Positions 1 to 6,097 of a stretch of 7,469 nt of DNA are shown here, piece by piece; position 1 is the first letter of the stretch, and the number at the start of each line of letters is the position of its first letter. The stretch comes from a virus (taxonomy: Duplodnaviria; Heunggongvirae; Uroviricota; Caudoviricetes). Under the pieces are notes generated by a model. It did not search any database. It saw only the letters and a program-made list of their open reading frames with translations, and was not told where the DNA came from. Both the position numbers and the translations under genes were made by a program. The stretch is from positions 1-7,469 of the IMG/VR virus record IMGVR_UViG_2778261691_000002; one strand, given 5' to 3'.

Positions 1-46
1 CTGTGTTCTGGTCATTTGTTGACACACGTACATAGCCAATAAGCAT
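1..46 (-). CDS. Serine DNA invertase (Gin/Cin/Pin/Hin family), N-terminal 15 codons only; gene continues beyond the left window edge
   Basis: Reverse complement of 1..46 reads atg ctt att ggc tat gta cgt gtg tca aca aat gac cag aac aca g = MLIGYVRVSTNDQNT, the N-terminus I recognise from Gin/Pin-type invertases, including the catalytic-serine motif YVRVST. SD-like GGGAG lies 7 nt upstream on the minus strand (revcomp of 54..58). Located 55 bp from a 26-bp crossover site. Gin, Cin and Pin cannot be told apart from 15 residues. Confidence 0.85.
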   Translation of the reverse strand, partial: MLIGYVRVSTNDQNT

Positions 47-72
47 GGTAGATCTCCCTGACAAAAGCAGGA

Positions 73-594
73 ATGATGCCATTTGCTCGTTATTTCTGCA
101 TTTTCATAAACGTTGGTTTGGGAGAAGGTTCTGCGTTGCCTGTTGGCGTACCAGTTCCTTGGCCTTCAGCTACGCCGCCGACAGGCTGGCTGAAATGCAA
201 CGGAGCAGCTTTTTCTGCTGAAGATTACCCTAATCTGGCAAAGGCTTACCCGACGTTAAAATTGCCTGATTTACGCGGTGAGTTTATTCGTGGCTGGGAT
301 GATGGAAAGGGAGTGGATAGTGGGCGAACTCTGCTTTCAGCACAAGGAGATGCTATCCGAAACATTACCGGGGTGGTTGGCTACAGTTCAATTGGCGATT
401 CACAAGGGTTATTAGGATACGTGTCAGGGGCCTTTTCGGCTTCGGAGTCAAAAGCTCCCGCATTAAGTGGTGCATCAGCATCCGGGTATCAACGCTCCCT
501 GTATGCGAATTTTAATGCTTCAGCCGTTGTCCCAACCGCAAATGAGAACCGCCCACGTAACATTGCCTTTAATTATATTGTGAGGGCTGCATAA
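73..594 (+). CDS. Alternative tail-fibre C-terminal cassette (Sv'-like, tail-collar domain), silent in this orientation; functional boundary is the crossover site at 113/114, not the ATG at 73
   Basis: Tail-collar-type motif PTGWLKCNGAAFSAEDYPNLAKAYPTLKLPDLRGEFIRGWDDG. The ORF begins only ~40 nt upstream of the crossover site and has no fibre N-terminal domain. Stop TAA at 592..594 overlaps the ATG of the downstream tfa (TAATG). Confidence 0.75.
   Translation: MMPFARYFCIFINVGLGEGSALPVGVPVPWPSATPPTGWLKCNGAAFSAEDYPNLAKAYPTLKLPDLRGEFIRGWDDGKGVDSGRTLLSAQGDAIRNITGVVGYSSIGDSQGLLGYVSGAFSASESKAPALSGASASGYQRSLYANFNASAVVPTANENRPRNIAFNYIVRAA
101..126. repeat. 26-bp invertase crossover site (gix/pix/hix-like), left copy
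   Basis: Plus strand ttttcataaacg|tt|ggtttgggagaa. The reverse complement of 1992..2017 is ctctcgaaaacc|tt|ggtttgggagaa: 21 of 26 positions identical, same central TT dinucleotide, imperfect dyad symmetry like hix (TTATCAAAAACC TT GGTTTTCAAGAA). Confidence 0.8.
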
Positions 595-1196
595 TGGATA
601 ACGCTGTATTAAATAGCGAGATTATTGCCACGAAGGCAGGGAATATTACCGTCTATAACTATGATGGTGAAACACGGGAATATATTTCCACTTCAAATGA
701 ATATCTTGCCGTTGGTGTTGGTATCCCGGCATATTCCTGTTTAGATTCACCAGGCACATATAAGGCTGGTTATGCTATCTGCCGTTCTGCAGATTTTAAC
801 TCATGGGAATATGTGCCAGACCATCGCGGTGAAATCGTCTATAACACCGAAACGGGAGAAGCCAAAGAAATCACAACTCCGGGTGATTACCCTGAAAATA
901 CAACCACTATCGCCCCGTTAACGCCATACGATAAATGGGATGGTGAGAAATGGGTGACCGATACTGAGGCACAGCACGGCGCAGCAGTAGATGCAGCAGA
1001 AGCACAGCGCCAGTCGCTGATTGATACTGCAATGGCCTCCATCAGTCTGATTCATCTGAAATTACAGGCCGGACGGAAGCTGACGCAGGCAGAAACCACC
1101 CGACTTAACGCTGTGCTGGATTACATTGACGCGGTGACGGCAACAGATACCAGCACCGCGCCGGATGTCATCTGGCCTGAACTGCCGGAGGCGTAG
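594..1196 (+). CDS. Tail fibre assembly chaperone (Tfa family), cognate to the silent fibre cassette
   Basis: 200 aa. C-terminal Tfa signature ...LNAVLDYIDAVTATDTSTAPDVIWPELP (compare lambda Tfa ...VDTSTAPDIEWP...). Start is translationally coupled to the upstream cassette. Length matches what I recall for e14 TfaE. Confidence 0.85.
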   Translation: MDNAVLNSEIIATKAGNITVYNYDGETREYISTSNEYLAVGVGIPAYSCLDSPGTYKAGYAICRSADFNSWEYVPDHRGEIVYNTETGEAKEITTPGDYPENTTTIAPLTPYDKWDGEKWVTDTEAQHGAAVDAAEAQRQSLIDTAMASISLIHLKLQAGRKLTQAETTRLNAVLDYIDAVTATDTSTAPDVIWPELPEA

Positions 1197-1611
1197 GCCA
1201 TTCAATATCTGGCGCCCCGGAAGTATCGACCAGTTCCAGTGCGTCCAGATAATCCAGCCACAAATTATATTGCGCCAGCTCGTCACCTTTCAGACGACCA
1301 ATAGCGGCTTTACCGGGCCATTGTTTACTGTTCATGTATTCGTTGGCCTGGTTAATTAGTAGCTGTCTTTCTGATTCAGTAATTTCAATAAGTTCTTCAT
1401 GCGTGGGTGGAGGAATATCTGCCCACGCAGGCAGCCCATCATCTCCGGCAATACGGATTTTTCCTTGTGGCGGTTCAGCCATAAACTCACTGATAATATT
1501 TTGATTTACTTCCTTAGCGTCTGATAAATCCCACCCCTCTGATTTATATTTATCAATCATATCCACAGGGAAAAAAGCATTATGCCTTGCGCTATAAACA
1601 TATTCGTTCAT
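1168..1611 (-). CDS. Tail fibre assembly chaperone (Tfa family), cognate to the currently expressed fibre
   Basis: C-terminal Tfa signature ...LWLDYLDALELVDTSGAPDIEWPTPP. I prefer the ATG at 1611..1609 (MNEYVYSA...), which has AGGGTGA 7-13 nt upstream, over the GTG at 1620 used by the ORF track. Sits directly downstream of the fibre gene. Confidence 0.8.
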   Translation of the reverse strand: MNEYVYSARHNAFFPVDMIDKYKSEGWDLSDAKEVNQNIISEFMAEPPQGKIRIAGDDGLPAWADIPPPTHEELIEITESERQLLINQANEYMNSKQWPGKAAIGRLKGDELAQYNLWLDYLDALELVDTSGAPDIEWPTPPAVQAR

Positions 1612-1631
1612 ATAAATCACCCTGAATAAAA

Positions 1632-2360
1632 TTACTCACCAACAGCCCACCAACTGTAATTCATCGATACCGTGTCGCTGGTTGATGACGTTCTGTAAGC
1701 AGAATTAAAACCGGTTAATGTTGGGCCTTCTGCGGTCATCACGAATCCCCGCCCAGCACCTAAAGGCGCACCACCATCACCAGAATGAGTAAGCATGGCG
1801 CAGTCCACTTTTTTAGGAAAAGGGATGCTGAATGTAATTCTCATTGTTTGCGTCGATAATGTCGGCGTAACCGCACCACGACCATATTGCAGGATTTTCC
1901 CGTTGGGTAATTTCATCCATCCATCACCACTGGCAAAAGAGGCCATGTCCGGTATCTGATTTTCCCCTGTTCCCACCCCCCGTTTCGCTGCTTCTCCCAA
2001 ACCAAGGTTTTCGAGAGCCGTTTTCACCGTGCCATCCGATTTGATATCACCAAACGGATTCTTGCGGCTCAGGTATTCAACAGCAAACCCCGATCCCAGC
2101 AATTCAACAAAACCGGGCAGATCACCATTATCAAGCACATCCCGTTGCGTTTTATCACTTACAAACTGGGCCAGAGCTGCAGCAATAAAGCTGGCCTGCC
2201 GAATAACCTTATTGACTTGCGCACTGGAGGCTTTCCCTGCTGTAAATCCGGATAAAAGCGCAGGCAACGCTTCCCATTCCTCCTGCGACATAACATTGGC
2301 ATTTTTACCCGTTGCGAATGCTTTAAAGTCATTTTTTGCCATCAGAGTAATACTCCCCAT
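1632..2360 (-). CDS. Tail fibre protein: constant N-terminal part (2360..2006) fused at the crossover site to a variable C-terminal receptor-binding part (1991..1632)
   Basis: Position at the end of the baseplate operon and followed by Tfa. The crossover site is in frame inside the ORF. An alternative start at ATG 2342..2340 (MAKNDF...) overlaps the upstream stop as TGATG and may be the true start. Short for a fibre (236-242 aa). Confidence 0.75.
   Translation of the reverse strand: MGSITLMAKNDFKAFATGKNANVMSQEEWEALPALLSGFTAGKASSAQVNKVIRQASFIAAALAQFVSDKTQRDVLDNGDLPGFVELLGSGFAVEYLSRKNPFGDIKSDGTVKTALENLGLGEAAKRGVGTGENQIPDMASFASGDGWMKLPNGKILQYGRGAVTPTLSTQTMRITFSIPFPKKVDCAMLTHSGDGGAPLGAGRGFVMTAEGPTLTGFNSAYRTSSTSDTVSMNYSWWAVGE
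1992..2017. repeat. 26-bp invertase crossover site, right copy, in inverted orientation relative to 101..126
   Basis: Plus strand ttctcccaaacc|aa|ggttttcgagag. Lies inside the minus-strand tail-fibre ORF, where it encodes ...ALENLGLGE... at the constant/variable junction. Confidence 0.8.
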
Positions 2361-3022
2361 GCCCCTACATCAAAACCACTGATAAATTCGTTATCCATAT
2401 CAAAACCAAAAAATTTTGAACCTTCCGATGGGGTTTCCACCGAAGGTGTTTCAATACCACCCGCCCACACCCCGGCGGCTTTTACTGTGAGATATCCCTG
2501 TTTAATTGCAGCAATTAACTCACGCGATACATCTGAAATATCAGTATCAGGAAAGACCCAGACCGATATCGTCATGTCCTGGTTATCGACAATCTGCATT
2601 CGCAGCCCGGATCCTGCTGTCGCCGTGTCAAGAATTGCTGGAAGCGAATCATTCCGTCCGTCCCAGTTATTAATCGCAATCTTCGCTTTAAGAATGACAC
2701 GATAAGTTTCATCGCTGAGATACATGTATCCTGAATCAGGATCGTATGGTCCCTGCCATACCCCCTGATCATATCCAAGCCCGTCGGTATCCCAGCTGAA
2801 ATAGACACCTGAGATAGGCTGGCTGACAACACGGCTACGTCCGATCCACAATCCAAGAATGTCAAGTTGCACACCAACCGCAGAGTCAATATCAAATGCA
2901 GTAATCAGCCCTCTGGTGGCAGCCGCAACATCAATAAGTGGCCGGGTCATCAGATCAACATGCGCAAGAAATTTAGGTTTGGTGGCGTGGTAGTTCGTGA
3001 TTAGTTCGGTGTATTTGCTCAT
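2342..3022 (-). CDS. Baseplate / tail-fibre-proximal protein (DUF2612-like; position equivalent to P2 gpI or Mu gp48)
   Basis: 226 aa. ATGA overlap with the upstream J-like gene at 3019..3022. Sits between the baseplate J-like gene and the tail fibre. Family assignment is by synteny and recollection, not a search. Confidence 0.6.
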   Translation of the reverse strand: MSKYTELITNYHATKPKFLAHVDLMTRPLIDVAAATRGLITAFDIDSAVGVQLDILGLWIGRSRVVSQPISGVYFSWDTDGLGYDQGVWQGPYDPDSGYMYLSDETYRVILKAKIAINNWDGRNDSLPAILDTATAGSGLRMQIVDNQDMTISVWVFPDTDISDVSRELIAAIKQGYLTVKAAGVWAGGIETPSVETPSEGSKFFGFDMDNEFISGFDVGAWGVLL

Positions 3023-4218
3023 GTCTCCACCGTTATAACGATATTTTCCGGGGTACAGGACGCAGATTCGTTGTATCTGATATCAATGTTTGATGACGAC
3101 AAAGCCCCCGGGGATTTCCCAATCGTCAGTTCCTGAATATCGTAATAGCGTGCATTCCCGCCACTCACCACGCCAAGATTCGCCGGTGAGTAAATGCGAC
3201 TTAAAAGGACCGAATCACCAATCATCAGACTATTGATATAGTCGGAAATAGCCTGCTGGATCTGCTGCCCTATCTGTGAGGTATAACCCGTAAAAACTTT
3301 TAATTTAATCCGGGCATAAACAGGTACATCACTGGAACGCGAAAATTTGATTACATGGGGATTGCCGTATTTATCCGGAACCGTAACGGATGTTGTACCG
3401 TGAGTGGCTGTTCCCTGGCCTTTATTCCCTCTGATAGCCTGAGCAATATCCGTCACATCACCGCCATCCACAATTACAGCAACAGAGTGTGGCGGTAACC
3501 CGTTACCGTCCTCCGAACCATTATCGTTTTCATAGAGTTTGTGGCGGGTTACACCGGTAACATTAGAAACAGCACCATTCAGTGCTTCAAATGGGGTTAT
3601 TGATGGTAACGCAACACTTTGCGACTGTCGGATACGTAACTCCGCATCAGTTTCTGCTGGAGTGCCTACAGTAGCTGCAGCAGGATTGGTTACCGAAACC
3701 CAGCCACGGGTTGGCGTATTAATTTCAGTGATAGTTCCAGCCAGCGCCGCCACTGCACCACTGACGGAACATGTTGCGGTCACCATCACTGTACCATCCA
3801 CGCCGACCACCACTGAAGCAGGCAAACGCCATATCACATTATTACTGTCTTTCACGCTGCCATTAATGATGGTTGTTCCGGCAGTTCCTGTAAGAAGCAA
3901 ATCAACCGTAGAATTCGTCGCGCCTTTACGTGAAATACCATTTATTTTCACGTTACTGGTCAGTGCAGCCCCATAGCCGGTTGCCGGTGAAAAACAGTTG
4001 TAGACAGTTATCGCCATATTATTGGCATCATGAATCGCCAGCGCCATCAGAGCCACCATCTGGCCGTCTTTGCTGTCCGGTTCGAGGTAGGCATCACTGC
4101 CATAAATCTGCTGAAAATAGCTAATCAGGGTGCTGAGTATCGTCTGATAATCAGGCGCACTGATCCCCTCCGCGGTTACCTTTGCAGATAAACCGAGAGA
4201 ATCAAGGTTCAGAGCCAT
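3019..4218 (-). CDS. Baseplate J-like protein (P2 gpJ / Mu gp47 / T4 gp6 family)
   Basis: 399 aa. TAATG stop/start overlap with the upstream W-like gene at 4216..4220. Position after the gp25/W-like gene. Gly/Thr/Val-rich beta-type composition typical of baseplate wedge proteins. Confidence 0.7.
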   Translation of the reverse strand: MALNLDSLGLSAKVTAEGISAPDYQTILSTLISYFQQIYGSDAYLEPDSKDGQMVALMALAIHDANNMAITVYNCFSPATGYGAALTSNVKINGISRKGATNSTVDLLLTGTAGTTIINGSVKDSNNVIWRLPASVVVGVDGTVMVTATCSVSGAVAALAGTITEINTPTRGWVSVTNPAAATVGTPAETDAELRIRQSQSVALPSITPFEALNGAVSNVTGVTRHKLYENDNGSEDGNGLPPHSVAVIVDGGDVTDIAQAIRGNKGQGTATHGTTSVTVPDKYGNPHVIKFSRSSDVPVYARIKLKVFTGYTSQIGQQIQQAISDYINSLMIGDSVLLSRIYSPANLGVVSGGNARYYDIQELTIGKSPGALSSSNIDIRYNESASCTPENIVITVET

Positions 4219-4571
4219 TACGCCTCCGATGTAACAGTCGTTATTCCATAAAGAGTGTCGATTTCAGCGGAAAACATGACACGTCGGGTCGTGGTATCCA
4301 CCGTCGTATTGAAAGAGAGGATTGATTTAACGCCCTGCGTTTCGAGGATGCGCTTACGGATCGCCAGGTTGTAGGTTTCCGGCTTCTGCTTACCGAGTAC
4401 GGACTGGATCCACGGAGTCCCCTCGGTGGTGTCGAGAAACCATTGCCCATACCACAATTCGAATCGCGTTTTTACCGCCTGCGCCACGGCCTCCGGTGAG
4501 TTAATCAGCCAGGTGTCATCACCGCTGCCAAAGGTGTAATCGCCATCGGCGTCTTCACGTCTGTATCGCAT
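4218..4571 (-). CDS. Baseplate protein, GPW/gp25-like (P2 gpW / Mu gp46 position)
   Basis: 117 aa, the typical size for this family. TGATG overlap with the upstream spike gene at 4569..4573. Synteny V-W-J. Confidence 0.6.
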   Translation of the reverse strand: MRYRREDADGDYTFGSGDDTWLINSPEAVAQAVKTRFELWYGQWFLDTTEGTPWIQSVLGKQKPETYNLAIRKRILETQGVKSILSFNTTVDTTTRRVMFSAEIDTLYGITTVTSEA

Positions 4572-5323
4572 CAGTTTACTCCGTCGGTATTGCTTCCACC
4601 GCGCTGAACACCACCATGAGTGTGCGTATCATCAATTGGCTTGCCGTTAGCCTTCACGCTACCCAAAAACTCAACAGCACCAGTGATTTTTGAAGCCACA
4701 CCAGAAACCACAGACCCCACCATGCCACCCATCCAGGTTAACAGGCCATGAATGGTTACTTTCTCAGAAAAATCAGCCAGAGGGGCAACCACATCAAGAC
4801 CACCCGGAGCGACAATTTTAATTTTCCTGGTATCAGGATTAAGCTCAAAATAGGTGCTGCCGTCATCACTACGCAACTGTGTGGCACTGGTATTAATACC
4901 GCTAATCTTCCTTGCCTGCGACTGGGGACCGACAATACAAAACGCATCCGATAAATCATGCATTCTGTCATCGACCGGCTCCTGTATCCCGCCGCTCTGC
5001 CACCAGAAATCAATACAACGATCGGCAAAAATCATCAAACATTCATCACCGGCTTTAACTGGGAACGTTAGCGTGCATCCTCCGCCGCGCGGGAATACCA
5101 CTGGCACATCCACCAGCAATGGGTAATTTTGGGTAATGCGGTTGCCGTCATTATCCTTTTCAACCGAACGGATAGCAGGCTGCACAACTGCCGTCACCGC
5201 ATCAGGATCGAATGACTGAATAATGCCAGGCAAGGCGACACGGATCTGGTTCTTTGTTGTTTCCCGTTCAGATTTGAATGTTTCGGCAAGGTCGCCGCTG
5301 CGGGTCTGGTCAGATACGGCCAT
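4571..5323 (-). CDS. Baseplate central spike / assembly protein V-like (P2 gpV / Mu gp45 position)
   Basis: 250 aa. ATG at 5323..5321 with GGAG about 10 nt upstream. C-terminal tip ...KPIDDTHTHGGVQRGG has an HxH motif like the metal-binding spike apex. First gene after the inserted cassette and terminator. Confidence 0.65.
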   Translation of the reverse strand: MAVSDQTRSGDLAETFKSERETTKNQIRVALPGIIQSFDPDAVTAVVQPAIRSVEKDNDGNRITQNYPLLVDVPVVFPRGGGCTLTFPVKAGDECLMIFADRCIDFWWQSGGIQEPVDDRMHDLSDAFCIVGPQSQARKISGINTSATQLRSDDGSTYFELNPDTRKIKIVAPGGLDVVAPLADFSEKVTIHGLLTWMGGMVGSVVSGVASKITGAVEFLGSVKANGKPIDDTHTHGGVQRGGSNTDGVN

Positions 5324-5342
5324 TTAGTAGGCTCCAGAAAGC

Positions 5343-5367
5343 AAAAAACCCGCCTGGTGGCGGGTTT
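5343..5367 (-). terminator. Rho-independent terminator for minus-strand transcription
   Basis: Minus-strand RNA: aaacccgcc-acca-ggcggguuuuuu. A GC-rich 6-9 bp stem (cccgcc/ggcggg at 5349..5354 and 5359..5364), 4-nt loop, then a U6 tract. Lies 18 nt downstream of the 57-aa ORF stop and ~20 nt upstream of the spike gene SD. Confidence 0.8.
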
Positions 5368-5384
5368 GATTTATAAGAACTTCA

Positions 5385-5558
5385 CTAACTATCTTTCTTG
5401 GGAAAAGTTGAAGGCTTGTCGTGATAGCTTTCCGTCATAATTTCGATATCCCCGAAAGGTACTCTAGCCATAATCTCTTGCTCATAGTTATCTAGGAAAG
5501 AGACCTCAGGCTCACTTGGTTTAGGTTGTGGTTCATTTTGGTCTTCTGGACAGGACAT
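5385..5558 (-). CDS. Hypothetical small acidic Pro/Glu-rich protein (57 aa), putative partner of the membrane protein
   Basis: Hand translation: MSCPEDQNEPQPKPSEPEVSFLDNYEQEIMARVPFGDIEIMTESYHDKPSTFPKKDS. The ATG at 5558 is 2 nt after the TGA of the upstream membrane gene (TGAatATG), with AAGG 7 nt upstream. Ends 18 nt before the terminator. Not in the ORF track (under 60 aa). No family recognised; could be non-coding. Confidence 0.4.
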   Translation of the reverse strand: MSCPEDQNEPQPKPSEPEVSFLDNYEQEIMARVPFGDIEIMTESYHDKPSTFPKKDS

Positions 5559-5560
5559 AT

Positions 5561-6091
5561 TCAAACCTTACTTATTAACATGCACGTTACAGAAATAATA
5601 AAAAATACAAATGACATAACCATCCATCGAAACAACTCATTTACAAACGCTGATTTTTCTTTATGGATTTTCTCGATTCTATCAATAGCCCTACCATACA
5701 TTATCAAATGAAATCTGACTGTGTCATCTCTACTACCCCTCAGAAGAAATTCATGTTGTTCAGGTGTTCGATGCACAGGCATTTTGGGAATATTTCTAAG
5801 TTCCCAACATTTCCATAAATAATAAAAACAAAAAACCAAACATACAAAACATGAACATAGACACAATAGAGACAATCTTGCGGATAGACTAGTCTTTAAC
5901 TGTTGTCCCAGCTCAAAGGACCCAAAAACGGCTAATAATGCAGAAATCTCAACACCAAGCACAGCAAGAAGAAAATTAGCTTTGTCCTCTAACCGCCTGT
6001 ATGTTGTCTTAACTTCTTCATACCTGTCTCTCGAGTACGACAAAATCGTATCTACTTCAAGGCCAACAGCCTCATTCCTTTGATTGCACAT
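5561..6091 (-). CDS. Hypothetical three-TM membrane protein (176 aa) encoded in an AT-rich insert; no family recognised
   Basis: ATG at 6091..6089. Charged N-terminal ~40 aa, then hydrophobic segments FLLAVLGVEISALLAVFGSF, LSLLCLCSCFVCLVFCFYYLW and WMVMSFVFFIISVTCMLI, with a charged ~60-aa loop between the second and third. An open frame of 176 codons in roughly 36% GC DNA is unlikely by chance. Begins 6 nt after the stop of the signal-peptide gene. Confidence 0.6.
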   Translation of the reverse strand: MCNQRNEAVGLEVDTILSYSRDRYEEVKTTYRRLEDKANFLLAVLGVEISALLAVFGSFELGQQLKTSLSARLSLLCLCSCFVCLVFCFYYLWKCWELRNIPKMPVHRTPEQHEFLLRGSRDDTVRFHLIMYGRAIDRIEKIHKEKSAFVNELFRWMVMSFVFFIISVTCMLISKV

Positions 6092-6097
6092 ATTGTA

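Larger units (their letters stand above)
101..2017. other. Invertible tail-fibre host-range segment (Mu G / P1 C / e14 P type): Sv' + tfa' on plus strand, tfa + Sv on minus strand
   Basis: Bounded by inverted 26-bp sites. Contains two opposed fibre C-terminal cassettes, each followed by its own Tfa gene. Both sites encode G-L-G-E in frame (ggt ttg gga gaa at 115..126 in plus frame 1; revcomp of 1992..2003 in the minus ORF frame), so inversion swaps fibre C-termini in frame. Invertase gene is adjacent. Confidence 0.8.

Noticed and set aside
73-111. ATG-ATG at 73 as the true start of an independent 173-aa protein
   Set aside because: The ORF begins only ~40 nt upstream of the crossover site and lacks any fibre N-terminal domain. 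It is best read as a promoterless C-terminal cassette that becomes coding only after inversion.
1062-1359. ORFs 1062..1286 (-) and 1165..1359 (+)
   Set aside because: These are alternative frames lying entirely inside the two Tfa genes, which have strong family motifs. They are Arg/Cys/Trp-rich shadow ORFs.
2029-2705. Plus-strand ORFs 2029..2382 and 2487..2705
   Set aside because: Antisense to the tail-fibre and DUF2612-like genes, with no RBS and composition typical of shadow frames in GC-balanced coding DNA.
2572-2895. Minus-strand ORF 2572..2895 (107 aa)
   Set aside because: Out-of-frame ORF nested inside the 2342..3022 gene.
3539-4124. Plus-strand ORFs 3539..3976 and 3930..4124
   Set aside because: Antisense shadow ORFs within the baseplate J-like gene; the product 3539..3976 is Thr/Val/Ala-rich low complexity mirroring the sense strand.
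4241-5126. ORFs 4241..4450 (-), 4748..4954 (+), 4756..5028 (-) and 4854..5126 (+)
   Set aside because: Nested or antisense frames within the W-like and spike genes; the in-frame long ORFs with coupled starts explain the region.
5324-5420. A sigma70 promoter for the spike gene between the terminator and its start codon
   Set aside because: Only ~19 nt separate the terminator from the spike start. I found a TATAAA-like hexamer upstream on the minus strand but no acceptable -35 at 16-18 bp spacing, so I cannot support a promoter call.
5526-5711. Plus-strand ORF 5526..5711 (61 aa) in the AT-rich region
   Set aside because: Antisense to the membrane-protein gene and the small acidic ORF, with no convincing RBS. 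Cannot be fully excluded without expression data.
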